From Nageia nagi (taxonomy: Eukaryota; Plantae; Pinophyta), in assembly GCA_050084985.1 (NCBI GenBank), contig JBITNC010000002.1, forward strand, positions 4,278,001 through 4,342,000: a stretch of DNA of 64,000 nucleotides, written 5' to 3'. The notes beneath the pieces were generated by a model. The model saw only the letters and a program-made list of their open reading frames with translations, did not search any database and was not told the origin of the DNA. The position numbers and the translations under genes were made by a program. This document shows positions 63,166 through 64,000 of the stretch, one piece after another. Numbering within the stretch: position 1 is the first letter of the stretch; each line of letters begins with the position of its first letter.

Positions 63166-64000
63166 AAAATATGTACCGATATATCGATACTTAATATTAA
63201 TATAAAAATACCCCCTCACTCACTTGTTATTTACCATTTCCTACTAATAGACCCCCTCCATGAGTTACTGCTATCTACAATTTATCTCATGGTGGTGGCC
63301 TTTAACTTAATAATGGTTGGTATTTATGCATTTCTTTATGCAATAATGTTATAACTATGCAATTATATAATCTACTTATTATGGTTTAATCTTGTTCGCT
63401 TGTTACAAGTTGATGAAGATATTGTAGATGGTGTTGGAGGATAACAATATTCTTCTAGGGTAGTAGGAAAGATGATATATCATTGTATTTATGGAAATTA
63501 GAGAAGATATTTGCAATATAATAAGTGGGGGATTCTAAATATTAATAAACATAGGAGAGAATGTCATTATTTACTAGCAATAGAGGAAAGAAAAAGGGGT
63601 AGGTCTTCAACAAAACCCTCTCAAACATCTAAGTATGATAGATAAAAATATAATAGGAGAAAATAGAAAAATCAACATGTACTTTAAGGTTAGTATAATG
63701 TTAAACGTCAAAGATTGGTAAATAGATTATGTACCAAAGAAAATATGCTAGCAGAAGAACAACTATTCTCCGCAATAAAGGAGGAAATTGTGAGAAAAAT
63801 GCAAGAATATGAATCGAAAGAAAACAAAAAGAAACATTAGAGAGAACATCTAATTGAGGAAGACACAAAGGTACTACATTATTTTAAATAATTATTCAAC
63901 TTGAGTTATACCCTAACGATTATTCATAGTCATATTTTGTAGTTATTTTCATATTTAGTGCACATTGAGCTATCTTATCCATATGGAGGGTGCACCTGCT

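Overview
Eukaryotic plant nuclear DNA, AT-rich and CpG-depleted. It is most likely a conifer, probably a cupressophyte; this is inferred from the giant TE-filled introns, a Dryad-type Penelope-like element and the style of the repeats. One host gene is visible: the last four coding exons (+ strand, 12813-30131) of a thioredoxin-fold (WCGFC) / C-terminal DUF179 (YqgE/AlgH) protein resembling Arabidopsis At3g19780. Its splice sites and phases join cleanly; I could not find the upstream exons in this window. The rest is nested, decayed transposons: three putative solo LTRs with visible target-site duplications, an intron-containing hAT, Gypsy and Copia remnants, L1 LINEs, a Penelope-like element (RT + GIY-YIG) with a decayed hammerhead-ribozyme motif, and two tail-to-tail tRNA-like SINEs. 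Three features stand out. (1) A CRISPR-like array of eight ~48-bp palindromes with mostly unique spacers sits next to an orphan ORF inside a 4.4-kb solo LTR. (2) Tandem ~250-bp repeats are built from a PLS-class PPR coding fragment. (3) An isolated ~400-bp CpG-retaining island is packed with ACGT/bZIP palindromes. All family assignments come from motif recognition by eye; no searches were run.
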